From the IMG/VR virus record IMGVR_UViG_3300024269_000048, positions 9,799-73,798 of that record: a stretch of 64,000 bases of DNA, one strand, 5' to 3'. A program made the translations under genes and the position numbers. Each line of letters starts with the position of its first letter. Within the stretch, counting starts at the first letter, position 1. This DNA is from a virus. Taxonomy: Duplodnaviria; Caudoviricetes. The notes below the pieces were generated by a model, which saw only the letters and a program-made list of their open reading frames with translations, ran no database searches and had not been told where the DNA came from. Below, in pieces: positions 50,966-60,112 of the stretch.

Positions 50966-53800
50966 ATGGCAAAATCACAAAAGAATCAAACTTTTGTGTT
51001 AAAGGTCAATACTGGATATTTATCTAAAAACAATTGGCATTTAACATTTAAGCTAAACGAAATAAGAAAACAACCGCAGTTAGTTGTTAGTTTGGGTTCA
51101 TCTCAAGTATTAAGATGGATGCCAGAGTTAACCGGCAGACCAGATGCCGATATACAAGCGTCACAAATCAAACGTGAGATAAAATTTTTGAAAAATCAAG
51201 GCAATTCAGCAGAGAATAAGAAACTGATTAGCCAGAAATATGACGAATTGTATGAACTTCAGTTCCAGCCTCATTATATGATGTTGGTTATGGATTCTCC
51301 TAAGGATTATAAGTATGTATATAACAATGGATTTAGCATTACCATTGATTACGGTCATAAAATAGAAACAGTAAAGTACAGAAGATTTCTTGGTACGGCA
51401 GGATCGATTAAAAAGAGTACCATCATGTTTGTTGATGAAAATATTCACAGCAAACTGATGAAAAAAATCAATAACGGTCGCTACGAAGGTCCAGAAATAG
51501 ACGGGGTTGTAAAGTCTTATAACGGAATGGAACTAAATTATAAGTTTATTCCTGCAAAGATTAACGCCTACTTTGCGCTTCAGTGTTCTGCTAGCATTCC
51601 AGTACCTTGGCCTAGAGCTATTGTAGTCAATGATGTGTCTACTAAATTTAAGGATATTGTCAGAATTGTTAGAGATACTGGCGGTGAAAAACCCGATTGG
51701 CCAAGTGTTAGCGAACCAATAGAAAAAGAAATTGAAATTAATACCTGTGACGGCATGGGCTTGATTTCTCCTGAAATGAGCGCGAAGTGGGCAGAGGCTT
51801 TAAATGAAGGTTCTGAACCTCTATCGGGGTTCAATACTCGTTGTGCCTTTTTAAAAGGTATGGTATTTACCGTAGATTTTAAGCAGTTTGCAGAAGAAAT
51901 TGCCGGAACACACATTATCAAGGACGCATGGGGCGACGAAAGAGATGTGAGAGAGGCAGATGTTATCCTTACCACATCAATGCTCAAATTATGGAATTCG
52001 TATGCGGGGTATGAGGATTATTACAATAATTGTATGAGGAATGGGTATGAATTTTGCATTGCAAAGAGCACTCCTCACGAATTACGCAATGTTCATACCA
52101 CAAATTATCAGTATCTTCAGGATTTTTCGTTTACAGATGAACAAATTGACGAATTAATTGAGCCAACTGTGGCAAAAATTAAGGATTGTCTGGGTTTAGA
52201 TTGGAGAAAATTAATTCTGTATATGTGCGGATCTGGACTAGACGAGAAAAGCGTAATTCATATGGAACCTATGTGTAAGGCTATTATGGCTAATCCTGAG
52301 CTAATTAAAGACCCATATGTTAGGTCCAAAGTAAGCAGAATGATACAGAGAAGAATCCGAGATGCTAAAATAGGCGTTTTAGACGTGGCTGGAGACTACT
52401 CTATTGCTGGATGTGATCCCTATATCTTGATGCAACACATATTTGGACTTGAAACAACTGGGCTTTTAAAGGCTGGCGAATGTTATCATAAATATTGGGC
52501 AGATAGAAATACCGAGGAGATTTGTATATTCCGTGCTCCTATGACAAGCATTGAAAATGTGTGTAAATTAAAGGTTATTACTAATCCCGAACTTGAAAAA
52601 TGGTATAAATACATTACAACGTGCATTTTATTGAATGGATGGGACACTACTCCGATGAGATGTAATGGTGAAGATTATGATTCTGACTCGAATTTCTGTA
52701 CCGATAATAAAGTATTGCTTGAAGCATTTGAGTATAAGACCACTCTTATGTGCGAACAGGAAAGTAGCGTAAAGAAAAAACCTGAGGAAGATGACTATGT
52801 AAAGTCTGACATTAACGGCTTCGGAGACTCCATTGGAAGCGTGACTAATAAAGCTACGAATATGATCTCATTAAGAGAGCAATTTGATAGAGATAGTGAA
52901 GAATATAAAAGATTGACTTATCGAATTAGCACAATGATGAACTATCAGCAGAATGCTATAGACCGTATAAAGGGCGTTGTTGCTCGTCCTGTTCCTAAGG
53001 AGTGGCTTAATGCAAGAATGTTCAAACCTGAGGAAGATGATGACGACGATATTCTTCAGGATAAACAAATTAATGCCAATATCGCCGCAGAGATTAAACC
53101 TTGGTTCTTTATTTATAGATATTCTCAGCTTAAATCAGAACTGGATAAGTATATGAAGGCAGTTAAGTCAAATTGTAAAATTAGATTTGGTAAGAGTTTG
53201 GATGGTCTGTATGCTTGCGAAAACAGAACCGAAGAAGAAGAGGTTTTCTTATATCACTATGAAAAGTATCTTCCAGTTAGCAGGGCTCCTGGAACAATGA
53301 ATCGTATTTGTTGGAAAATTGAAGATGCATTTTGCACTACGGATGTTCTTCCGAATGTTGATTTTGATAAATCTATTTTAAAGAGTGAAGCTGAATATAC
53401 TCAAGATGAATATGAACAGGTTCAACAGTTATACGACGAGTATAACAAGGGTATACAGCTGTTCTTAAAGAAACAAAATCAAAATGATCTTGGCGATGAT
53501 GAAGTCGGCTTTGACATTGTGCATCTCAAAGATGTTTTCATAGATGAATGTAGTAAGGTATGTCCAAATGTGGAGGTATTGTCTAATATCGTTGTGGACT
53601 TGTGTTACACTTCTAATAAAAATAAAACTTTTGCATGGGATGTTGCAGGCGAGCAGATTTTCAATAATGTTTTGAAGAACAGCGGATATTATATAACATA
53701 TCCAGTTAAAGATGAGAATGGAGATATTGAGTTTGGTGGAAAGAAATTTTCTTTGTATACACAACAGATAGGTGGTGATTTAGATGTTGATTTTGAATGA
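50966..53800 (+). CDS. single-subunit two-barrel RNA polymerase, SPbeta YonO-like (RdRP-like fold)
   Basis: 944 aa; CDGMG, KGMV, FRAP and GEDYDSD (DxDGD-type metal motif); SPbeta-like position before the late module. Confidence 0.8.
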   Translation: MAKSQKNQTFVLKVNTGYLSKNNWHLTFKLNEIRKQPQLVVSLGSSQVLRWMPELTGRPDADIQASQIKREIKFLKNQGNSAENKKLISQKYDELYELQFQPHYMMLVMDSPKDYKYVYNNGFSITIDYGHKIETVKYRRFLGTAGSIKKSTIMFVDENIHSKLMKKINNGRYEGPEIDGVVKSYNGMELNYKFIPAKINAYFALQCSASIPVPWPRAIVVNDVSTKFKDIVRIVRDTGGEKPDWPSVSEPIEKEIEINTCDGMGLISPEMSAKWAEALNEGSEPLSGFNTRCAFLKGMVFTVDFKQFAEEIAGTHIIKDAWGDERDVREADVILTTSMLKLWNSYAGYEDYYNNCMRNGYEFCIAKSTPHELRNVHTTNYQYLQDFSFTDEQIDELIEPTVAKIKDCLGLDWRKLILYMCGSGLDEKSVIHMEPMCKAIMANPELIKDPYVRSKVSRMIQRRIRDAKIGVLDVAGDYSIAGCDPYILMQHIFGLETTGLLKAGECYHKYWADRNTEEICIFRAPMTSIENVCKLKVITNPELEKWYKYITTCILLNGWDTTPMRCNGEDYDSDSNFCTDNKVLLEAFEYKTTLMCEQESSVKKKPEEDDYVKSDINGFGDSIGSVTNKATNMISLREQFDRDSEEYKRLTYRISTMMNYQQNAIDRIKGVVARPVPKEWLNARMFKPEEDDDDDILQDKQINANIAAEIKPWFFIYRYSQLKSELDKYMKAVKSNCKIRFGKSLDGLYACENRTEEEEVFLYHYEKYLPVSRAPGTMNRICWKIEDAFCTTDVLPNVDFDKSILKSEAEYTQDEYEQVQQLYDEYNKGIQLFLKKQNQNDLGDDEVGFDIVHLKDVFIDECSKVCPNVEVLSNIVVDLCYTSNKNKTFAWDVAGEQIFNNVLKNSGYYITYPVKDENGDIEFGGKKFSLYTQQIGGDLDVDFE

Positions 53801-54578
53801 AGAGAAATATGCAAAAGATTTGTATGACGGCAAAAACCAAGATGTTAAATCTATTATGGCTAAAATTAGATATGTTACTAGATATTTGGTGCACTCTAAG
53901 TTAAAAGGCGATGATGATGCCTACAAAGAAACTGTAAAATGGTTAAGGCAGTATCATAATAACTTTGATGAAAGTAGTTATTCTAATATTATTTCGGACG
54001 CCATTAAAGTGGCGGAAAAATATCCCTTTTATATCATCGACAACATCAAAATTGCTCAGTCTGAGTTAGAGGCCATATCTTCTCTCGATAATTTGAGGGC
54101 AGAAAAGATTTTGTTTGTGCTTTTATGTATGGCGAAGCAACAAAGTATGGCTAATGGTTTCACGAATGGACTTGTTAAATATTCAATTACTGACTTATGT
54201 AAGGCCGCCCGTGTGTCTGTACCCGCAGATGATAGAGAATATATTTTGTATGAAATTGTACAAAAGGGGCTTCTCGGTTATCCAAAGAAAAATAACACAC
54301 AATGTTTAATTGTGAATTTTATTAATACGGATGAAATAGTATTGGAACTCGATGAAGATGACTGTCGGGAACTTGCGTATGTTTATTTAAACTGGAAGAA
54401 TGATGGTAAGGGCTATACGAAGTGTCAAAGATGCAATCGATGGATGAAACAAAGTAAAACGAAACCTAAAAAGTATTGTGAAGATTGTGCTAAGGAATCT
54501 GAGCGTGAGCATACTAGAGAGCGTGTTAGGCGTTACAGAGAAAAATGTAACGGTAATTCAACACAACAAAATGATTGA
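53784..54578 (+). CDS. hypothetical protein with C-terminal zinc ribbon (possible RNAP accessory factor)
   Basis: Overlaps RNAP stop; CQRC...YCEDC. Confidence 0.6.
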   Translation: MLILNEEKYAKDLYDGKNQDVKSIMAKIRYVTRYLVHSKLKGDDDAYKETVKWLRQYHNNFDESSYSNIISDAIKVAEKYPFYIIDNIKIAQSELEAISSLDNLRAEKILFVLLCMAKQQSMANGFTNGLVKYSITDLCKAARVSVPADDREYILYEIVQKGLLGYPKKNNTQCLIVNFINTDEIVLELDEDDCRELAYVYLNWKNDGKGYTKCQRCNRWMKQSKTKPKKYCEDCAKESEREHTRERVRRYREKCNGNSTQQND

Positions 54579-54706
54579 AAAACCATAGGAAAATGCTTGG
54601 GAAATATCGAGTCGCTTAAAAAATGGTCGAGATTTTCTTAACTGATATAGGATTGCACTAGCATTTCCCTATATCAAATCTTAGCAGAAATAAAAGGAGA
54701 AAATTT

Positions 54707-55330
54707 ATGGAAGAACTTGAAAATGTATTACTTTCAATCCCAACCTCAGTAGCAAACCTTCAGCTACCTGATCCTAGTCTTAGAGATCATTATTTAGACG
54801 AGCAAGATAGGATTTACTGGCTAGACACACAGATTGACGACTCTACTCTTGAACTTGTGAAATATATTTTCAGATGTAACAAAGAAGATATGGGCAAACC
54901 TATTGCGGAGAGAAAGAGAATTTTAGTTATGATCGATAGTCCTGGTGGTTCCGTAGAGGTACTTGCCTCACTTATTGGTGCTACTAAAAACAGTAAGACA
55001 CCGATTTGGACTTGCTGCTACTGTACGGCTTATTCGGCTGCCGCAGACTATTTGGCTTGTGGACATAAAAGATTTGCATTTCCTATGACTAATATGATGT
55101 TCCATGCCGGTTCGGCTTGTTATCAGGGATCTCAGAATGACATTAATAGCGCCAAAAAGTTCTTTGATGGTATGAGTAAGAGAATCACGACAGAAGTGAC
55201 TTCAAGAACAAAGTTTGATAACAAGTTCCTGAAAAAACTCAAAACAGATGATATTTATATGAATGAGGAAGAAGCGCTAAAGTATGGCGTAATCGATGAG
55301 ATTGTGACCGACTTTGATGTTCTTTGTTGA
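54707..55330 (+). CDS. ClpP-like protease
   Basis: IDSPGG, AYSAAA (Ser), MFH (His), D.YM..EEALKYGVIDEI. Confidence 0.85.
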   Translation: MEELENVLLSIPTSVANLQLPDPSLRDHYLDEQDRIYWLDTQIDDSTLELVKYIFRCNKEDMGKPIAERKRILVMIDSPGGSVEVLASLIGATKNSKTPIWTCCYCTAYSAAADYLACGHKRFAFPMTNMMFHAGSACYQGSQNDINSAKKFFDGMSKRITTEVTSRTKFDNKFLKKLKTDDIYMNEEEALKYGVIDEIVTDFDVLC

Positions 55331-56772
55331 TTGGAGAGAAAATAATGGCAAAGTCCAAAAGCAAAATTCAGATTAACTTTATAGGAGAGGCAGCAGACGA
55401 CGTAACTGGAAGTTGTATTCACATCCAGACTTCTAACAGACAAATTCTTTTGGAGTGTGGCTTATTTCAATCGTGTGGCAGTACACTCGAAAATTACAAA
55501 ATTAATAACAAGCACTTTGAATTTAAACCAAAAGAAATAGATTATGTGTTTGTGATGCATTGTCATGCCGATCATCTTTGTTTATCTCCTAAACTATATG
55601 GGCAAGGTTGTCAGGCACAAATCATCGCTCCCAATGGAACAAAGCCTATTTCCGAAATATTATTAAAGGATTCGGCGCGTATTATGGAAGCTGATGCTTT
55701 AGAATTATCAAGTAAGTTCAAAAGAGATTATGCTCCCATATATACAGAGAGTGAAGTTGGACAATGCTTAAAGCATTATACTGAATATCCAATTGGTGAG
55801 ATAATTCAGTTGGATGAGTATATAAAATTTAGATTTATTCCTTCTGGGCACATACTAAATAGTGCCCAGTTGGAACTTTGGATTACTGAGGGCAATGTAA
55901 CCAAGAAGATTGGTTACACAAGCGACCTTGGTAACATCCATATTAAGAAATATTATACTAATAAATTTGAACCAATTACGAAGTGTGATGTATTGATTGG
56001 AGAAACGACATATGCTCGTGAGGAACGTATTGCCAATCAAAAAATGCGCAACAAGGATTTGGAAAAATTAGAGACTGTTATTAGACAGACTTGCATAGAA
56101 AATGACGCGAGAATATTGATTCCTGTATTTGCGAATGACAGATGTCAGAATATGTTGACATATATTTATGACTTATTCCATAACGATGAGGACTTTGATA
56201 TTCCTATTTTAATCGACTCGCCTATGGCCACTAGAGTATGCAATGCATATACCGAATTACTTGATGGCGATGAAGCTAAAAAGTGGAAAGAAGTTTTAAC
56301 GTGGAAGAATATTCACTTTGTTGAAAGTTCAATAGAAAGCCGAGAATGGCGAGATAGCAAACGACCCGTGGTTGTACTTGCTAGTAGCGGAATGATGGTT
56401 AGAGGCCGTAGTACGGGTTGGGCCCATAGCATGTTACCTCGAACGAATGACAGAATTGTATTCTGTGGTTTTACGGCAGATAATTCATTGGCATCCATTA
56501 TTAAAGAGGGCAAGCAGAAAACTATTACTATTTCTGGGCATAGGGTAAAAAACAAATGTCAGGTAACAGATTTGCATAGCTTTTCGAGTCATATGCAGAG
56601 AGATAGTTTACTTAAAACATATGGGGCAACTGAGTGTGAAAAAATCGTGCTAGTGCATGGTGAAATGAACGGCAAGATTGGGTTTGCAAAAGAACTGCAG
56701 GAAGAAATAAGTAAAAATAACAATACAAGCAAAGTGATAATTGCAAACAAGGGATATGTGTTGTCACTTTAA
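55324..56772 (+). CDS. MBL-fold beta-CASP metallo-hydrolase (RNase)
   Basis: VTGS, ECG, HCHADH, GHILNS, SDLG, FSSH, LVHGE. Confidence 0.9.
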   Translation: MLIGEKIMAKSKSKIQINFIGEAADDVTGSCIHIQTSNRQILLECGLFQSCGSTLENYKINNKHFEFKPKEIDYVFVMHCHADHLCLSPKLYGQGCQAQIIAPNGTKPISEILLKDSARIMEADALELSSKFKRDYAPIYTESEVGQCLKHYTEYPIGEIIQLDEYIKFRFIPSGHILNSAQLELWITEGNVTKKIGYTSDLGNIHIKKYYTNKFEPITKCDVLIGETTYAREERIANQKMRNKDLEKLETVIRQTCIENDARILIPVFANDRCQNMLTYIYDLFHNDEDFDIPILIDSPMATRVCNAYTELLDGDEAKKWKEVLTWKNIHFVESSIESREWRDSKRPVVVLASSGMMVRGRSTGWAHSMLPRTNDRIVFCGFTADNSLASIIKEGKQKTITISGHRVKNKCQVTDLHSFSSHMQRDSLLKTYGATECEKIVLVHGEMNGKIGFAKELQEEISKNNNTSKVIIANKGYVLSL

Positions 56773-56987
56773 TAAACAGAATATTAAGGAGAAAAGATTA
56801 TGGCAAGAAAGAAGTCTAATATTGAAATAGTTCTCGTTTGCGACCAGTGTGGTAAACAGCCTCCTGTGGACGAGGAACAAAGCAACGAAAATTGGGTTGT
56901 TTACAAAGTTTCCACTCCTTGTGAATGTGGCGGACACTGGACCCATCAAATAGTTGAAGTAAATGATTAAACAAAGGAGAAAAGATT

Positions 56988-57218
56988 ATGGCTGACATTA
57001 AGTATAATTACAAGTTGAACATCAAGGGTGTCCTTTCGGTTGAGGGAGACAGAATTATCGTTTCAGTCGAGGATGATGTAGATTATAATCTCGCCGCACT
57101 TTGCAGAGATTTTGATGGCAAACTTTGTAAGATTGGTGTTGCTTATGAAGAGGAATACAGTGCTTCTGATGTTGATGATGAAATTGAAATCGACGAGGAA
57201 ACTGGCGAAGTAATTTAA
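56988..57218 (+). CDS. YonK-like small protein
   Basis: LNIKG....DFDGK..I pattern and SPbeta-like synteny. Confidence 0.55.
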   Translation: MADIKYNYKLNIKGVLSVEGDRIIVSVEDDVDYNLAALCRDFDGKLCKIGVAYEEEYSASDVDDEIEIDEETGEVI

Positions 57219-57289
57219 GATACACAGTTATGGCTATCTTGGCGGATAGTCGGTATATAAGGGTTGTGGGTTACCCTAAACCCACATTT

Positions 57290-57364
57290 GGGAGATTAGC
57301 CTAGTGGTTTAGGCAGCGGACTGTTAATCCGCCTAGAGATGTTCAATCCATCTATCTCCCGCCA
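57290..57364 (+). tRNA. tRNA-Asn(GTT)
   Basis: GGGAGAT/ATCTCCC acceptor, GCGGA-CTGTTAA-TCCGC, CCA. Confidence 0.9.
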
Positions 57365-57368
57365 TTAT

Positions 57369-57444
57369 GGGGTTATAATTCAATTGGGAGAGTGCTACCC
57401 TTGCAAGGTAGAAGTTATGGGTTCAAGTCCCATTAGCTCCACCA
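57369..57444 (+). tRNA. tRNA-Ala(TGC)
   Basis: CTACC-CTTGCAA-GGTAG, TTCAA T-loop, CCA. Confidence 0.9.
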
Positions 57445-57525
57445 GGTAGCCAGTGTGAATGCAGGATTGGCTCTGCAGTGCGGCAACGGGGAGAGGCGCA
57501 CTTAAATATCCCCTTTCCACCATAT

Positions 57526-57602
57526 GGCTCCGTAGCTCAGTTGGTTAGAGCGCTAGCCTGTCACGCTATAGGTCAGGGGTTCGAGTCCCCTCGGAGTCGC
57601 CA
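57526..57602 (+). tRNA. tRNA-Asp(GTC)
   Basis: TAGC-CTGTCAC-GCTA, TTCGA T-loop, CCA. Confidence 0.9.
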
Positions 57603-57607
57603 TTTAT

Positions 57608-57692
57608 CGGAGGGCGGCGAAGTCGGAGAGTCGCGGCGGACTGTAAATCCGTTCCCTCTGGGTGAGTGGGTTCGACTCCCACCCCTCCGACC
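57608..57692 (+). tRNA. tRNA-Tyr(GTA), CCA not encoded
   Basis: GCGGA-CTGTAAA-TCCGT, long variable arm, ends ACCG. Confidence 0.88.
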
Positions 57693-57698
57693 GAATAT

Positions 57699-57772
57699 GG
57701 GTTGCTAGGCTAATGGTAAACCGGCAGGTTGTGGCCCTGCTCTTTCGTGTTCGATTCACGGGCTTCCCTCCA
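57699..57772 (+). tRNA. tRNA-His(GTG) without encoded G-1
   Basis: GCAGG-TTGTGGC-CCTGC; acceptor GGGTTGC/GCTTCCC; T at -1 and at 73; CCA. Confidence 0.85.
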
Positions 57773-57780
57773 ATTTATAT

Positions 57781-57856
57781 GCTGGTGTGGCGCAATTGGT
57801 AGCGCAGCAGCCTTGTAATCTGCAGGTTCTCGGTTCGAGTCCGAGCATCAGCTCCA
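57781..57856 (+). tRNA. tRNA-Thr(TGT)
   Basis: GCTGGTG/CATCAGC acceptor, CTTGTAA loop, CCA. Confidence 0.88.
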
Positions 57857-57859
57857 TAT

Positions 57860-57938
57860 CGCAGGATAGTGTAATTGGCAACACGCTAGGCTCATAACCT
57901 GGAATTTATCTGAGGTTCGAATCCTCCTCCTGCAACCA
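57860..57938 (+). tRNA. tRNA-Met(CAT), initiator-like C1:A72
   Basis: CTAGG-CTCATAA-CCTGG, C1:A72 mismatch, CCA. Confidence 0.85.
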
Positions 57939-57975
57939 AGTGATCGCGTTATGGAAACTTGCGAAGCCCATAACC

Positions 57976-58001
57976 ATAGGAGGTTCTGCGGAGCCTCCTA
58001 T
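57976..58001 (+). terminator. strong hairpin (terminator or processing signal)
   Basis: ATAGGAGGTTC-TGCG-GAGCCTCCTAT. Confidence 0.45.
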
Positions 58002-58007
58002 TATTAT

Positions 58008-58083
58008 CTCTCATTAGCTCAACGGATAGAGCATCTGGCTTCGAACCAGAGGGTTGCGCGTTCGAATCGTGCATGTGAGACCA
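58008..58083 (+). tRNA. tRNA-Arg(TCG)
   Basis: TCTGG-CTTCGAA-CCAGA, TTCGAAT T-loop, CCA. Confidence 0.88.
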
Positions 58084-58113
58084 TATAAAATAATAAGAAA
58101 AGGAGAAAAGATT

Positions 58114-58434
58114 ATGACAATTACTAGAGAAGAAATGGTAAGAAAACTTTCAGCGAAAAGTGGATATAACATGAAGGACATACGTGAAGTGTTGCGCTGT
58201 ATGGACGATGTTGTTTTCGAAGAACTTTGTGAAGTGGATGACGACAATGATGTGTCGATACAATTGGTGCAAGGGATTAAAGTAAAAGCGGCGGTTGTAC
58301 CTGAAAGAGACAGAGTAGATCCCCGCACACAGCAACCAATAGTGGTAAAGGCTACCGTAAAACCTGCTTGTAAGTTTAGCCAGGATTATAGGATTAAACT
58401 TCAGGAAGCATATGACAATAACAAGAACGGCTAA
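58114..58434 (+). CDS. HU/IHF-like DNA-binding protein (SPbeta YonN-like)
   Basis: MTITREEMVRKLS...VPERDRVDPRTQQPIVVKA.VKPACKFS; start at MTIT. Confidence 0.85.
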   Translation: MTITREEMVRKLSAKSGYNMKDIREVLRCMDDVVFEELCEVDDDNDVSIQLVQGIKVKAAVVPERDRVDPRTQQPIVVKATVKPACKFSQDYRIKLQEAYDNNKNG

Positions 58435-58449
58435 CACCGTTCTTTTTTT
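58425..58449 (+). terminator. Rho-independent terminator
   Basis: GAACGG-CTAACA-CCGTTC-TTTTTTT. Confidence 0.7.
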
Positions 58450-58475
58450 AATTTAAAAGAAAGGAAAAGAGAACT

Positions 58476-59711
58476 ATGAATAATATTTTAGTACATTTAC
58501 CTAACGAGACCGAGGATCAGTGTTTGTGGAGAATTGGAAAAGCTAAGGATGCCGGTACTCTAACCGAGAATTGGCCCGAGATTGCCCTCTTCTTTAATAA
58601 GACCTTTAGAGAAGATGAGACACAGTATTACGATCCTTCAGCCTATAGAAAGAAGTACCGGAACTTTGTGACCGCCTATGAGAGTATTTTTAGTCAGGAG
58701 AATTTTACTAATCAGCAGATACTTACATATGAGGAGCAAAAGAGAGAACTGGAGAAGGCTAAGATTAAACTCAGAACTGAAAAATTAGAGTACAATAGAT
58801 GGCTTCGTGAAGAGGCGAGAGATGAACTTATTTGTGAGAGAATTGTAGAGGCAATCAGAGAACTTCCTCCTCTTGAGGTTCCTGAAATTTTACCGGCGCA
58901 TATTGCAGGTAGGATTCATAATGACAGAGAAGGATGTCTTATTTTTGCGGACACTCATTATGGCGTAGACCTTAAGATAACTGGCTTGTTTGGAGAAACT
59001 ATAAACGAATATAGTCCTGAAATTTTTGAGCAAAGAATGTGGGATCTTTTAACACAGGTAGTTGATATTTGCCAAAAGGAAGGATTTACATCTTTGAATG
59101 TGTATGATCTTGGAGATGAAGTAGACGGTATACTTAGGGTTTCTCAGTTGTGGAAGTTGAGATATGGAGTAATTGAAAGTACCGTAAGATATGGCAGATT
59201 TATTACTGAGTGGCTAAATGAATTATCCAAACATGTTTACATAAAATATCAAATGGTAAAGGATTCAAACCATTGTCAGTTGAGGCTTTTGAATCAACCT
59301 AAGGGCACGTTTAAAGATGAAAATATGGCGTATATTATTGCCGAAAAAATTATGGACAGACTTGGAGACAATCCTAATTTTGAATTTATTCAAAACCCCA
59401 CCGGGTATGTTTTTGATAATATTCTTGGATATAATGTTTTAGGAATTCACGGCGAAGGTAAAGGACTTGAAAGCGCTATTAAGGATTTTTCGAAAACTTA
59501 TGGTGTAGAGATTAGCTTCTTGGTTGGAGGTCATAAGCATCACCAGAACAGTAGTAATATTGGAATTAAATCCGATGTTATTAGTGTGCCATCTGTGATT
59601 GGTGTAGATGATTATTCGTTATCTTTGCATAAAACATCTGATCCTGGTGCCACTTTGTTTGTTTTGGAGGCGGGCAAAGGAAAGACTATGGAGTACAATA
59701 TTAAACTTTAA
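58476..59711 (+). CDS. metallophosphoesterase-domain protein (SPbeta YonJ-like)
   Basis: FADTHYG, DLGDEVDG, SNH, IHGE, GHKHH. Confidence 0.75.
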   Translation: MNNILVHLPNETEDQCLWRIGKAKDAGTLTENWPEIALFFNKTFREDETQYYDPSAYRKKYRNFVTAYESIFSQENFTNQQILTYEEQKRELEKAKIKLRTEKLEYNRWLREEARDELICERIVEAIRELPPLEVPEILPAHIAGRIHNDREGCLIFADTHYGVDLKITGLFGETINEYSPEIFEQRMWDLLTQVVDICQKEGFTSLNVYDLGDEVDGILRVSQLWKLRYGVIESTVRYGRFITEWLNELSKHVYIKYQMVKDSNHCQLRLLNQPKGTFKDENMAYIIAEKIMDRLGDNPNFEFIQNPTGYVFDNILGYNVLGIHGEGKGLESAIKDFSKTYGVEISFLVGGHKHHQNSSNIGIKSDVISVPSVIGVDDYSLSLHKTSDPGATLFVLEAGKGKTMEYNIKL

Positions 59712-59748
59712 ATAATACAAAATGATTTAGAAAGAGAGAGTAGAAATT

Positions 59749-60087
59749 ATGAATAACAAAACAAAAAAGAGTCAGTTAGTTTTCGATATGAAAGCAACAA
59801 GAAAACTCTTAAAGATGAATTCTGAAATTAAATATTGCCCTTATTGTGGCAAGGGTATCGCAGAAAATTGCGAGTGCCACAAAAACATTATCATAGATGT
59901 TAAGCCTTATAGAAATGAGCTAGGAACTATTGAGCCTGACAGAAGCGTAATGGTGTTCGATAATAATGCTAGTTTCCAGGCAGATTTCAATCAGTTGATT
60001 GAGGATGCAAAGGCAAAGAAGGAAGCAGAACAAGACGTCGAAATCGAGGTCGAATTTGATGTTGAGGTAGAAATTGACCTTGACTAA
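59749..60087 (+). CDS. small zinc-binding acidic protein
   Basis: CPYCG...CECH. Confidence 0.6.
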   Translation: MNNKTKKSQLVFDMKATRKLLKMNSEIKYCPYCGKGIAENCECHKNIIIDVKPYRNELGTIEPDRSVMVFDNNASFQADFNQLIEDAKAKKEAEQDVEIEVEFDVEVEIDLD

Positions 60088-60112
60088 TTGCTTCTAAAAT
60101 TTGTAGAAAGGA

